Below, piece after piece: positions 52,346-61,381 of a stretch of DNA of 64,000 bases. The notes under the pieces were generated by a model. That model was not told where the DNA came from. It ran no database searches and saw only the letters and a list, made by a program, of their open reading frames with translations. Numbering within the stretch: the stretch's first letter is position 1; each line of letters begins with the position of its first letter. The stretch comes from an uncultured bacterium (lineage in GTDB: Bacteria > Hydrothermota > UBA3073 > NMUJ01 > CBEVQO01): positions 224,001 through 288,000 of the forward strand of contig CBEVQO010000002.1 in NCBI GenBank assembly GCA_965552055.1. The letters are read 5' to 3'. Position numbers and translations under genes: made by a program.

Positions 52346-53058
52346 GGCAATTTAATAGCATTTTGTTTTTTCACCTTTCTGCAAAATTCCCTTTTACTTT
52401 TCCAGTTATAATATTTAGCCGAAGTATAAGCCCCATAAAGTTCTCCGAGATATAAAGAAAAAGATAATGCTCCAAAGAAATAAAGTTTAAAATTGTCTTT
52501 AGTTTTATAACCCAGATATGCGAATGAAGAAAAAATACAAAGCATACCCAATGATGCTACTCCATCCCAAATTCTACCTGCATAAACCCTGCCTGCTCCC
52601 GGTAATAAAGCCGATAAAAATAGAGCACACAGGGGAAAACGATGAGAAGGTTTACCACGAAAAGATAAAAATTTGCGTGCTTCCCTGTATCTCCCAGCAT
52701 ACAAATAAATAAGCCCCATTAATTTCTCATCCTTCCAGTATTTTAACGCAGAATCCCATTGCCCTTCAAAAAAATATAACTTGCCAAGTTTTAACCTATA
52801 CTTCTCATCTTTTTTATTAATCCTTTTTAACTCATTTAACGCTTTTTGAAATTGACGGGTTTTCAAATATAACTCAAATACAACATAATGTAAACTATCT
52901 TTCAAATTTTTGTCTTCAGTTAAATAAATTGCTCTTAAATATTCGCATATTGCATTTTTATAATCTTTTTGTTCTTCAAGATATTTTGCAAATTTTAAAA
53001 TTTTAGGAATTGAAGTAAATAAATCACTCTCTATAAAAATCACAAATAACAGGCACAT
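52342..53058 (-). CDS. TPR-containing membrane protein
   Basis: TPR units; LSALLPGAGRVYAG plus TM helices. Confidence 0.7.
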   Translation of the reverse strand: MCLLFVIFIESDLFTSIPKILKFAKYLEEQKDYKNAICEYLRAIYLTEDKNLKDSLHYVVFELYLKTRQFQKALNELKRINKKDEKYRLKLGKLYFFEGQWDSALKYWKDEKLMGLIYLYAGRYREARKFLSFRGKPSHRFPLCALFLSALLPGAGRVYAGRIWDGVASLGMLCIFSSFAYLGYKTKDNFKLYFFGALSFSLYLGELYGAYTSAKYYNWKSKREFCRKVKKQNAIKLP

Positions 53059-53386
53059 TTTTAAAACTCTTTAAAGTGTGGCGTTCCGGAGGGTCCCACA
53101 ATTTCCATCCCCTCTTTTTATCATAAGCCCAGCCATAATCTCTTGCGTAAATGCGAGCAAATGGATTGCATCTTATAAAGCGGTCAAAAGCCATAAAAAA
53201 GCCCCAAAATTTATAGCGCTTTATAGATTGATAAGCATAATGAGAACATGAAGGAATAAAATTACAAACATCACCAAAAATGCCCGAAAAAGTGCGTTGA
53301 TAAACTTTTATGCAAAAAGTGGTAAAAGATATGGGTAGTGCTTGCGGTGGTAAAGTATCGGTTAATATCACAAAAAGTATTACCAT
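53024..53386 (-). CDS. yidD: Membrane protein insertion efficiency factor YidD-like
   Basis: YQRTFS, CNFIPSCSHYA, DRFIRCNP. Confidence 0.85.
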   Translation of the reverse strand: MVILFVILTDTLPPQALPISFTTFCIKVYQRTFSGIFGDVCNFIPSCSHYAYQSIKRYKFWGFFMAFDRFIRCNPFARIYARDYGWAYDKKRGWKLWDPPERHTLKSFKNVPVICDFYRE

Positions 53387-53982
53387 TGCTCTTCTTTTAT
53401 TTTCACATCCTCTGGCAATTCTATTTCAAAAATAGATGCGCTATCTACAACTTCTCTTACATTCATAAAAAACATTTTGTAACTATATTTTTGAGGATAA
53501 AAAACTTCTATTAAAATTTTTGAAGGGAAAAAATCCGTTGTTAATTTTTTGAAATCAAAAATTTTTACCCTTGCAATCGGTTTATTCTTAAATTCCTGAT
53601 AAACTTCGGTTATATGCTTTTTCCACTTTTTTATCAAAATGGCATTTCCTTTGTTATCATTGTAATAACAAAAGATGGTATCTTTTTTTGTTTTCTTCAT
53701 TATTAGGTTAAAACCTAGCTTTTGCAATATTTCAAATTCATTCTTAAACAAAAAGTTTTTTGTCGGATCAAAAGTTTTTGTTGTGAATCTGAAAGCGAGT
53801 TTGCGTTCGGGATAATAAACCAGAGTAGTATTTGCGTTCACGGTTATTATTTGATTTAAAGGATAAGAAACTTCATATTTTATTTTTCTCTTTTCTTTAT
53901 CAAAATATAACTTCCCTTTTACCGTATCTTTTTCAATTTGTATGAAATCAGCTTTTATTAACAATATCAAATAAACTATCAC
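53380..53982 (-). CDS. LolA-like periplasmic protein
   Basis: ADFIQ..VKGKLYF..KYEVSYPLNQII..VYYPE..FEIELPEDVKI; start placed at GTG 53982. Confidence 0.55.
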   Translation of the reverse strand: MIVYLILLIKADFIQIEKDTVKGKLYFDKEKRKIKYEVSYPLNQIITVNANTTLVYYPERKLAFRFTTKTFDPTKNFLFKNEFEILQKLGFNLIMKKTKKDTIFCYYNDNKGNAILIKKWKKHITEVYQEFKNKPIARVKIFDFKKLTTDFFPSKILIEVFYPQKYSYKMFFMNVREVVDSASIFEIELPEDVKIKEEQW

Positions 53983-53984
53983 AT

Positions 53985-54410
53985 TTAATAGGCATAAGTA
54001 GTTGCAGATGCAGCGATGTAATAAATGTAACAGCAATAAAATGCAGCATATGCGATACCGCTCACTATACAACCTATAGTCGCCATACGGACCTGTTTAT
54101 CGCGACCTGCTTTCTTATAAGCAGCTGTATACAACTGAATCCATTCCGGGTCTTTGCCTATCAGTGTCGTTGCCGATGGAGTAGGCTCTATTAGATACGC
54201 AGCAAGAATCCCCCATATTCCGAGGAAAAATCCAGCTGCAAACCATAGCGTGCCATTTACCTCGGCTTCTGCATCCGTTTTACCCTGAGTGTAAGCATCT
54301 GTAACTTCGCCAGCATATTCTTCGCCATAATACTCTTCGTGATACTTGTATTCCTGAGCATACGCCGTCCCCACACTTATTGCGATGACAAAAGGCAATA
54401 TCTTCAACAT
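53985..54410 (-). CDS. Hypothetical exported/membrane protein
   Basis: Signal peptide AYA, SD AGGAGG, two hydrophobic segments. Confidence 0.75.
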   Translation of the reverse strand: MLKILPFVIAISVGTAYAQEYKYHEEYYGEEYAGEVTDAYTQGKTDAEAEVNGTLWFAAGFFLGIWGILAAYLIEPTPSATTLIGKDPEWIQLYTAAYKKAGRDKQVRMATIGCIVSGIAYAAFYCCYIYYIAASATTYAY

Positions 54411-54428
54411 AACTCACCTCCTTTCGCT

Positions 54429-54455
54429 ATTTTAAACATTTTATATGGTTGTCAA
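54429..54455 (-). promoter_or_regulatory. Promoter TTGACA-N15-TAAAAT
   Basis: Upstream of SD of the 54410 gene. Confidence 0.75.
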
Positions 54456-54469
54456 TAAAAATTTTAATG

Positions 54470-56122
54470 TTATTTTATCCCTAATAATTGTTTTGCGTGT
54501 TCGATAGCAGAAGGTGTTATCTTTTTACCCGATAATAACATTGCTATTTCTTCAACTCTTTCTTCATAAGATAAAGGTTTGGCAAAAGTAAAAGTTCTTC
54601 CTTCTTTCTCTTCTTTCCATACTTTTATATGATGGTCTGCTTTTGATGCAATCTGGGGTAGATGTGTAATGCATATTACCTGATGATGTTGTGATATTAC
54701 TTTTAACTTTTCACCAATAGTATCTGCTATTTTACCACTTGTTCCAATGTCTATTTCATCAAATATCAAAATGGGTATTTCATCGAGTTCCGCGAAGACG
54801 GACTTAAGAGCCAGCATGCATCTTGACAGTTCGCCACCTGATGCAATTCTACGCAAATGCAAGGGCTTTTCCCCTGGATTCGCAGAAAACAAAAATTCTA
54901 CTTTATCTATACCATAATGAAAAGGGGGACGAGTTTCAATCTTTATTTTAAAACAGGCTTTAGGCATACCAAGGAGTTTTAACTCCGATTCTACCTTTTT
55001 CTCAAGATTTCTCGCACCCTTTTTACGCTCATGTGAAACCTTATTACTCAATGCGTAATACTCTGATTCTAATTCCCTTATCTCATTCTCAAGATTTTTG
55101 ATACCTTCTTCGCTTTCTTCGAATGATGCCAATATTTTTTTTAATCTTTCACCGTATTCGAGAATTTCCTTTACAGATTTTCCAAATCTATCTTTCAATT
55201 CCTGAATTTGCATTTTTCTTTTTCTCAATTCTTCCAATTTTTGTGGGTCATATTCGAATTTATCACGGAAATCTGCGATAGATTTTGCGATTTCACTTGC
55301 ATTTATCAAAATATCTTCTATTTGCTTCGCATAATCTTCAAACTCTTTCACATTATTGGATAATTCTTTCAAATTGAAAAGCACCTTTTTAAGCATATCG
55401 ATAACGGCATCTTCCCGTTCATATAGCAAATTTATTGCTTCATCAATTAAAATTTTATTTTTCTCATAGTTTTCAAGCAAGTTCAATTCCTTTTCTATTT
55501 CTTCATCTTCTCCTTCATATAAATTCGCATTTTCTATCATCTCCAGCTGGAATTCATAAAATTCTTTTTGCTTTTTAAATTCTTCAAATTCTTTTTTCAT
55601 CTTTTCGAGCTTTTCTTTTTTATCGTTTATTTCGAGCCATAGTTTTTTTAATCTTTCTCTTTCTTTTTGTAATTTACAGAAAGCATCCAGTATTTCTAAT
55701 TGCTTTTCTGGTTTCAGCAAAGATTGATGCTCATGCTGTCCGTGCATATCTATTAATTCATCGCCTATCTCTTTTAAGAATTTGAGAGATACAGGCTCGT
55801 TATTAACCCAGCATCTTGATTTACCCTGTAAAGAAATAACCCTTTTTACATAAATTGTGTTATCTTCCACATCTATTCCTTTTTCCTTTAAATAATTTTT
55901 TAATTTTTGAGAAATCTCAAATGTTCCTTCAATTACCGCTTCCTTTTCACCTGTTCTAACAGAAGACCTATCCCCTGCCTCCCCTATTAATGCGTTTATA
56001 GCATCAACGATTATCGTTTTGCCGGCTCCTGTCTCGCCTGTCAAAATATTTAAACCTTTTTTAAAATTTAGATATAGCTCACCTATTAATGTAAAATTCC
56101 TGACATGTAAATCTAATATCAT
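54470..56122 (-). CDS. recN: DNA repair protein RecN
   Basis: LTGETGAGKT, HGQHEHQSL, ASGGELSR, FDEID, ITHLPQIA. Confidence 0.97.
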   Translation of the reverse strand: MILDLHVRNFTLIGELYLNFKKGLNILTGETGAGKTIIVDAINALIGEAGDRSSVRTGEKEAVIEGTFEISQKLKNYLKEKGIDVEDNTIYVKRVISLQGKSRCWVNNEPVSLKFLKEIGDELIDMHGQHEHQSLLKPEKQLEILDAFCKLQKERERLKKLWLEINDKKEKLEKMKKEFEEFKKQKEFYEFQLEMIENANLYEGEDEEIEKELNLLENYEKNKILIDEAINLLYEREDAVIDMLKKVLFNLKELSNNVKEFEDYAKQIEDILINASEIAKSIADFRDKFEYDPQKLEELRKRKMQIQELKDRFGKSVKEILEYGERLKKILASFEESEEGIKNLENEIRELESEYYALSNKVSHERKKGARNLEKKVESELKLLGMPKACFKIKIETRPPFHYGIDKVEFLFSANPGEKPLHLRRIASGGELSRCMLALKSVFAELDEIPILIFDEIDIGTSGKIADTIGEKLKVISQHHQVICITHLPQIASKADHHIKVWKEEKEGRTFTFAKPLSYEERVEEIAMLLSGKKITPSAIEHAKQLLGIK

Positions 56123-56823
56123 TCTTCCCAGAAGAGGATTCTACCGCATTGCTGGCAAATTATTAATTTTTCTCCTTTCCTTACTTCGTTGATAATCTGA
56201 GGGGGTACTACGGCGTGGCATCCTGAGCAATATCCTTTATTTACATTGGCAATGCCTATGCCATTTCTAATAGCCCTTATTCTTTCATAGCGATTTAAAA
56301 CCTTTTTATCAATTTTTGATGATAATTTTTGCCTCTCCTCTTTCTTGCTTTTCAACTTATCTTCAATTTCTTTTAATTTGCGATTTAATTCTTCTTTTTT
56401 CTTTTCAAAAGCCTTTTTTGCCTCCTCGAGTTCTTTTTCAGCATTTTTGATCTCTTTGCTCAAATTATCCATATTTTCCATCAGTTTTAATCTCTCTTCT
56501 TCCATCAATGAAATTCTTTCCTCTTCATGTTTTATTTCATTAGTTATGGAAATGTATTCTTCATTTGTTTTGACCTGCAGTAATTGTCTTTTATATTTTT
56601 TAATTTTATCCTGCACCTCTGCAATATCGATATCCAAACGGGCGTCTCTCTTTTTTACTTTCTCAAGTTCTTCCTTTTTCTCGGATAATTTTTTCTCTTT
56701 CTCTGCTATTATTTTTTTTGCATTCTCTATCTCTTTTGGTATTCTTTCCTTTTCTTTCTCTATTTCCTGAATTTTATTATCTAATTTTTGTAAATTCCAT
56801 AAATTTTTAAGCTGCTCCTTCAT
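56119..56823 (-). CDS. Coiled-coil protein with C4 zinc ribbon (DUF164/CT398-like)
   Basis: LQKLD, long coiled coil, CSGCH...CQQCGRIL. Confidence 0.9.
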   Translation of the reverse strand: MKEQLKNLWNLQKLDNKIQEIEKEKERIPKEIENAKKIIAEKEKKLSEKKEELEKVKKRDARLDIDIAEVQDKIKKYKRQLLQVKTNEEYISITNEIKHEEERISLMEEERLKLMENMDNLSKEIKNAEKELEEAKKAFEKKKEELNRKLKEIEDKLKSKKEERQKLSSKIDKKVLNRYERIRAIRNGIGIANVNKGYCSGCHAVVPPQIINEVRKGEKLIICQQCGRILFWEE

Positions 56824-56825
56824 TT

Positions 56826-56901
56826 TGGTGGGCAGGGCCCGATTCGAACGGACGACCTTCTGGATGTGAACCAGACGCTCTAACCACTGAGCTACCTGCC
56901 C
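56826..56901 (-). tRNA. tRNA-Val(CAC), CCA encoded
   Basis: GGGCAGG/CCTGCCC acceptor stem, TCTGG-TTCACAT-CCAGA anticodon arm, TTCGAAT T-loop. Confidence 0.97.
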
Positions 56902-56910
56902 TCACTCTCT

Positions 56911-56937
56911 ATTATAACAATTATCATAATTTGTCAA
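56911..56937 (-). promoter_or_regulatory. Promoter TTGACA-N15-TATAAT for the tRNA-Val operon
   Basis: Both hexamers perfect; 9 nt before the tRNA 5' end. Confidence 0.88.
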
Positions 56938-56951
56938 GTGAAAATTTCAAA

Positions 56952-56978
56952 TTGACAAAATTAAAATCTCATTATTTA
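56952..56978 (+). promoter_or_regulatory. Promoter TTGACA-N15-TATTTA, probably leaderless
   Basis: GTG 56984 lies 5 nt after the -10; no SD. Confidence 0.6.
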
Positions 56979-56983
56979 TTTGT

Positions 56984-57505
56984 GTGAATGTTTTAATCAC
57001 GGGAAAACCGGGTGTCGGAAAGACGACCCTTATCCTGAGAGTTTTAACAAAATTGAAACGAAAAGCATCTGGTTTTTACACACAGGAAATCAGGGAATTC
57101 GGAAGAAGAACGGGCTTTGAATTAATCACACTAAAAGGAGACAGCGAAATACTGGCAGATGTGAATCTTGACTCCCCATATAAGGTGGGCAAGTATAAAG
57201 TTAATCTGAAAGCAATGGAACTGGCATGTAAAGCAATAGAAGAAGGCTTAAAAGAAGGAAATCTAATAGTAATAGACGAAATTGGCAAAATGGAACTTTT
57301 TTCTTTTCGCTTTCAGGATTTAGTACTCGAAGCACTTGACTCAGATTGCGATGTTTTGGGAACGATAATGTTAAGACCTCATCACTTTACAGACCAGATA
57401 AAAAGAAGAAAAGATGTAAAACTTTACATTTTGACACAGGGAAATTTCAAAGAAATTTTCGAAAAAATACTTTCCGATTTTTCGATAAAAAATGGGCAAA
57501 TGTAA
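56984..57505 (+). CDS. THEP1-type NTPase
   Basis: ITGKPGVGKTT, GFYTQEIRE, VIDEIGKMEL. Confidence 0.93.
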   Translation: MNVLITGKPGVGKTTLILRVLTKLKRKASGFYTQEIREFGRRTGFELITLKGDSEILADVNLDSPYKVGKYKVNLKAMELACKAIEEGLKEGNLIVIDEIGKMELFSFRFQDLVLEALDSDCDVLGTIMLRPHHFTDQIKRRKDVKLYILTQGNFKEIFEKILSDFSIKNGQM

Positions 57506-58517
57506 AAACTGTGGAAAAGAGTCCCCTGAAATATCAGATGTTATAGGTTTTTGTGCTGACTGTATAAGAAAAGGCGAAGCAGATTTATCTTTGCTTCATA
57601 AAAAATCAAGGGAAATCTTTGGATTACCTCCTTTTCCTCCCAAATCAGAAAATGGTATTAAATGTGGGATGTGTGTTAATGAATGCATATTGAATGAGGG
57701 CGAAACAGGGTATTGTGGCATCCGCAAAAATATAAATGGCAAAATCGTTACAATTGCAAATGGTCATCTTGACTATTACTTTGACCCGCTACCGACAAAT
57801 TGCGTAGCTGAATGGGTTTGCCCGGGCAGATTCGCTTATGGATACAAGAATCTCGCGGTATTTTACAGAGCTTGTACCTTCAATTGTTTATTCTGCCAGA
57901 ACTGGCATTTTAAACAGGGGAGCATTAGAGAAGTGCCACCCGATGTGCTTGCAGAAGAAGTTGATGATAGAACATTTTGCATCTGCTATTTCGGAGGTGA
58001 CCCCACTCCTCAACTACCGCACGCAATAAAAACATCCAGACTCGCATTGCAAAAAAGAAAAATAAGAATTTGCTTCGAAACAAATGGAACTATGAATAGA
58101 AATTTACTCGAAGAAGCAGCGGAAATAGTTTTTGAATCAGGTGGATGCATCAAATTTGATTTAAAAGCATACACAAAAAATCTAAATGTGGCACTTTGTG
58201 GTATCACAAATGAAAGAACTTTTGAAAATTTTGAATATCTTGTAAAATATTTTAAGAAGAGAAAAGAGCCTCCTTTCCTTGTAGCAAGCACCTTACTGGT
58301 ACCGGGATATGTTGACCTTTATGAAGTGGAACAGATTGCGAAATTTCTATATAAACTTGACCCTGATATTCCTTATTCTTTACTCGCTTTTTATCCTTCT
58401 TTTATTTTAAATGACTTACCCACAACAAGCAGGGAACATGCCTTTGCTGCAAGAGATATTGCCCTGAAAATAGGTTTAAAAAGGGTAAATATCGGAAATA
58501 TACATCTGCTAAGGTGA
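57492..58517 (+). CDS. Radical SAM protein, PFL-activating-enzyme-like with N-terminal Cys motifs
   Basis: CTFNCLFCQNW, YFGGDP, ETNG, STLLVPGY. Confidence 0.9.
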   Translation: MGKCKNCGKESPEISDVIGFCADCIRKGEADLSLLHKKSREIFGLPPFPPKSENGIKCGMCVNECILNEGETGYCGIRKNINGKIVTIANGHLDYYFDPLPTNCVAEWVCPGRFAYGYKNLAVFYRACTFNCLFCQNWHFKQGSIREVPPDVLAEEVDDRTFCICYFGGDPTPQLPHAIKTSRLALQKRKIRICFETNGTMNRNLLEEAAEIVFESGGCIKFDLKAYTKNLNVALCGITNERTFENFEYLVKYFKKRKEPPFLVASTLLVPGYVDLYEVEQIAKFLYKLDPDIPYSLLAFYPSFILNDLPTTSREHAFAARDIALKIGLKRVNIGNIHLLR

Positions 58518-58523
58518 TAATCT

Positions 58524-59078
58524 TCATCTCCATTCTCCCACTATTTCTGTATATTTATCTCCCCGTGTTAGAGATTTTGTTATAGTAATTTTTAAATCTT
58601 TGCAGCCTGATATTTCCAGTGCTCTCTCAATCCATCCTGCAATCCTGTATTCAACAACAATTTGCGGCTTGCCAAATTCTGTTATATGTAAAACAGCTCT
58701 ATTTTTACCCCTCTCCACTACTTCCATTTTTGATGGTCTGTAATAATTGGAGAAAATGGCGCTCGCTCTGTCAATTATAAACCCTGGTGAACCTATTTTT
58801 ACAAAAACTTTATAGATTCCTCTGAGGGCAAAATCAGCACTGAATCTGCCAGCTTCCCAAGCACCCCTTAGGTCTCCATTGTAAAAAAGTTCGCAAATCT
58901 TTAGTGTTGGAATAATGAAAGCTTCTTCTAAGGGATACCATATTGCAGCTAGTATTGGCTTTGTCATTATCTCTCGAGATTTCGGTGGCAAAGAATTCAA
59001 CCATTCTTCATACCTTTCGCCAAATTTTTCTTTAACAAAAAGAGGTATGCTCTCTACAGCTGTGCCTTTCACTTCCAT
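58524..59078 (-). CDS. Hypothetical protein (DUF2378/V4R-like ligand-binding fold)
   Basis: VKGT, WYP, GRFSA, IAGWIERALE. Confidence 0.6.
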   Translation of the reverse strand: MEVKGTAVESIPLFVKEKFGERYEEWLNSLPPKSREIMTKPILAAIWYPLEEAFIIPTLKICELFYNGDLRGAWEAGRFSADFALRGIYKVFVKIGSPGFIIDRASAIFSNYYRPSKMEVVERGKNRAVLHITEFGKPQIVVEYRIAGWIERALEISGCKDLKITITKSLTRGDKYTEIVGEWR

Positions 59079-59079
59079 T

Positions 59080-60576
59080 TTATCCCCCTATCAATTTCGA
59101 TATTCTTTCTTCTATTTTTTTACTCAGTTCTTCTGTGATACTTTTAACTGCTTTTTGTAATGCTGTTTTACTGGCTTCTTCTTCCGATGCACCAAATCCT
59201 TTTACATTTACCTTCTTGATATCAAAAAGTATCTCCCCTGATTTCACATAGACCGCCCTTATCGAAACATCTGCACGAGAATGTGGCATACCGGTAACCT
59301 TCTCGCCAGTAGGCAGCTCAACTACATCTCCAAGATACTCAGACCTCGCAATACCAACGATAATGATATCCGCATCTGTCTTATCCTTTATCTCCTGTAA
59401 CATAGCCCTATCACCGTAAAACGCACCTTTAACCATCGAAGGATTTATAACATTAACAATCTCAGGAGCAGTTATAACATTGAATTTGTTTTTCAACATC
59501 TCCTCTGTTAAACATTGTTCAACCACAGATGGCACCTGTAATTTCCCGTTGATTTCTTCATAAACCCTTACAAGTATTTTCAACAAACGCCTGGGGGATA
59601 TTGCTTCGCACATAAATCTCACAAATAAACCTTTTAAGCCATCAAGATGCGAAGTTATATCGGTTATCGCTGTATCACCCATAATTTCTCTTTTCATAAT
59701 TTTTGTATCAAAACTTGCATTTATTATTCCTTTTCCTTCACTTTTTATCTCATAAACTTTACATTCTGCTACACCGTTTTTATCCGTTCGCGAAAGTGTA
59801 TCATATTTTGCATCAACGCCCTCTATTTTAAATCTAACAGGTATATTTACAAGTGGTTTATTTTCTCTTTCTATTTTTACTTTCAAAGGAAAATTTAATC
59901 CCTTTCCGCACAGAGTTTTTTGATTGTCACCTCCTTCTTTTTTAATCGTAATATTTGCGAATGCACGCTCAATTTCTATATCAACATCAGAAAGAGATAT
60001 TTTTTTCTCTTCAAAGAAAAATGGTCTGCCCGAAATTATCCTTGCATCTTCCTCAAATCCCATAGCCATCAAAATCTTATTCCTTGCTTTCAAAAGCAAA
60101 GATAAACCTTTTGTGAAAAAACCTTCATTAAGCAATTTTTTACCTTCATCGTATAATTTCTCTGCCTCATCATAATAAATGCTTGCCTTTTCAAAAAGGA
60201 GTTTACTGCTAAGCATACGATTAAGCACAGCAACGGCATACACTACCTTCTGCTTTTTGCTAACACCTACTTTCGCAAGTTTAACGCCTTCAAGCACATT
60301 TGAAACAAGGACTTTTGTCAACATTTCATAGTCCGAACTTATTTTTTTGCCTTTCTGTTGCAGTTTATCGATAAATTCGGCTTTTATCTTAACTCTTATC
60401 TGCTCGCCTATATTTGCGTATGCTTTGTTTTTCGCTATATCTTTGCATTTTTCTACATCACCATAAAGAGGTGCAACACCCACCCCAACGATATAACGGG
60501 TCTCCGGATACTTCTTCTTGATTTTGGTAATCTCTTTCTCATAACCTGCTATCAAACAGAGTATAAGCATAAACAT
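59080..60576 (-). CDS. LPP20-like domain exported protein with Ig-like and C-terminal alpha/beta domains
   Basis: YIVGVG..AKNKAYANIGEQI; GGDNQ..RTDKNGVA; ADIIIVG. Confidence 0.6.
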   Translation of the reverse strand: MFMLILCLIAGYEKEITKIKKKYPETRYIVGVGVAPLYGDVEKCKDIAKNKAYANIGEQIRVKIKAEFIDKLQQKGKKISSDYEMLTKVLVSNVLEGVKLAKVGVSKKQKVVYAVAVLNRMLSSKLLFEKASIYYDEAEKLYDEGKKLLNEGFFTKGLSLLLKARNKILMAMGFEEDARIISGRPFFFEEKKISLSDVDIEIERAFANITIKKEGGDNQKTLCGKGLNFPLKVKIERENKPLVNIPVRFKIEGVDAKYDTLSRTDKNGVAECKVYEIKSEGKGIINASFDTKIMKREIMGDTAITDITSHLDGLKGLFVRFMCEAISPRRLLKILVRVYEEINGKLQVPSVVEQCLTEEMLKNKFNVITAPEIVNVINPSMVKGAFYGDRAMLQEIKDKTDADIIIVGIARSEYLGDVVELPTGEKVTGMPHSRADVSIRAVYVKSGEILFDIKKVNVKGFGASEEEASKTALQKAVKSITEELSKKIEERISKLIGG

Positions 60577-61381
60577 CTTTTCCTCCTTTTATTTTCATAA
60601 AATTCTTATAAGATTCTCTAACTCTATCTGCTGGTCTTATCTCAAAAATATAATAAGGGTCATGAGTTTCCATTATCTTCAAATATTTTCGAAAATTAAC
60701 ATTGCCTTTGCCAACAACATTGTGCTCATCATAATCACCTTTATTGTCATGCAAATGTACTTCTATCACTCTATCCAGGTGCTTTTCAAAAAATTTCTCC
60801 TCTCTTTCTCTTTCCTTATTTTTCCTCAAATTTGTATGTCCCCAATCCCATGTTAATTTTGCTGGTTTAAACTCATTCAATATCTTCTCCACAATCTCTT
60901 TACCCAAATCCGTTTTCACTGCCCCTGCATTCTCAATTGAAAGATATGGAGATTTATCTTTCGCATAAACAAAAACCTCGCATAGAGCATCGTAAACAAT
61001 ATTTTTAAACTCATCGGGAAAAAAATCATGTAATTTTTGAATCTTACCAAGATATGATATTGTGCAGGAATCCCCTATATGCATCGTTATTACTTTAATT
61101 TTTAATTCATCTGCAAAATCTATTATCTCTTTCATAATTTCAATACTTGCATTTACATAATGTTTTTCAAAAAAGAAGAAAGAAAGGGTATTCGGTGCGT
61201 GAAGCAAAATATCAATATCGCTATTTTTTATTGCGTTGTAATTTTCTTTTTTTATCCTATCTGGATAAAAATTTGGGTCTGTTAAATTAATTTCGATACA
61301 ATTAAATCCTTCTCTCTTTGCATTTGCGATTATATCTTCCAATCCGGCATCTTCGAACATTATCTGAAATCCTATTTTCAT
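60539..61381 (-). CDS. Sugar phosphate isomerase/epimerase TIM-barrel (AP endonuclease 2 family)
   Basis: LHAP, IEN, DWGH, VHLHDN...DEH. Confidence 0.85.
   Translation of the reverse strand: MKIGFQIMFEDAGLEDIIANAKREGFNCIEINLTDPNFYPDRIKKENYNAIKNSDIDILLHAPNTLSFFFFEKHYVNASIEIMKEIIDFADELKIKVITMHIGDSCTISYLGKIQKLHDFFPDEFKNIVYDALCEVFVYAKDKSPYLSIENAGAVKTDLGKEIVEKILNEFKPAKLTWDWGHTNLRKNKEREREEKFFEKHLDRVIEVHLHDNKGDYDEHNVVGKGNVNFRKYLKIMETHDPYYIFEIRPADRVRESYKNFMKIKGGKDVYAYTLFDSRL

Noticed and set aside
53983..54072. Cys-rich N-terminal extension of the 53380-54072 ORF
   Set aside because: Overlaps the upstream gene in another frame; GTG 53982 just after the upstream stop is the better start.
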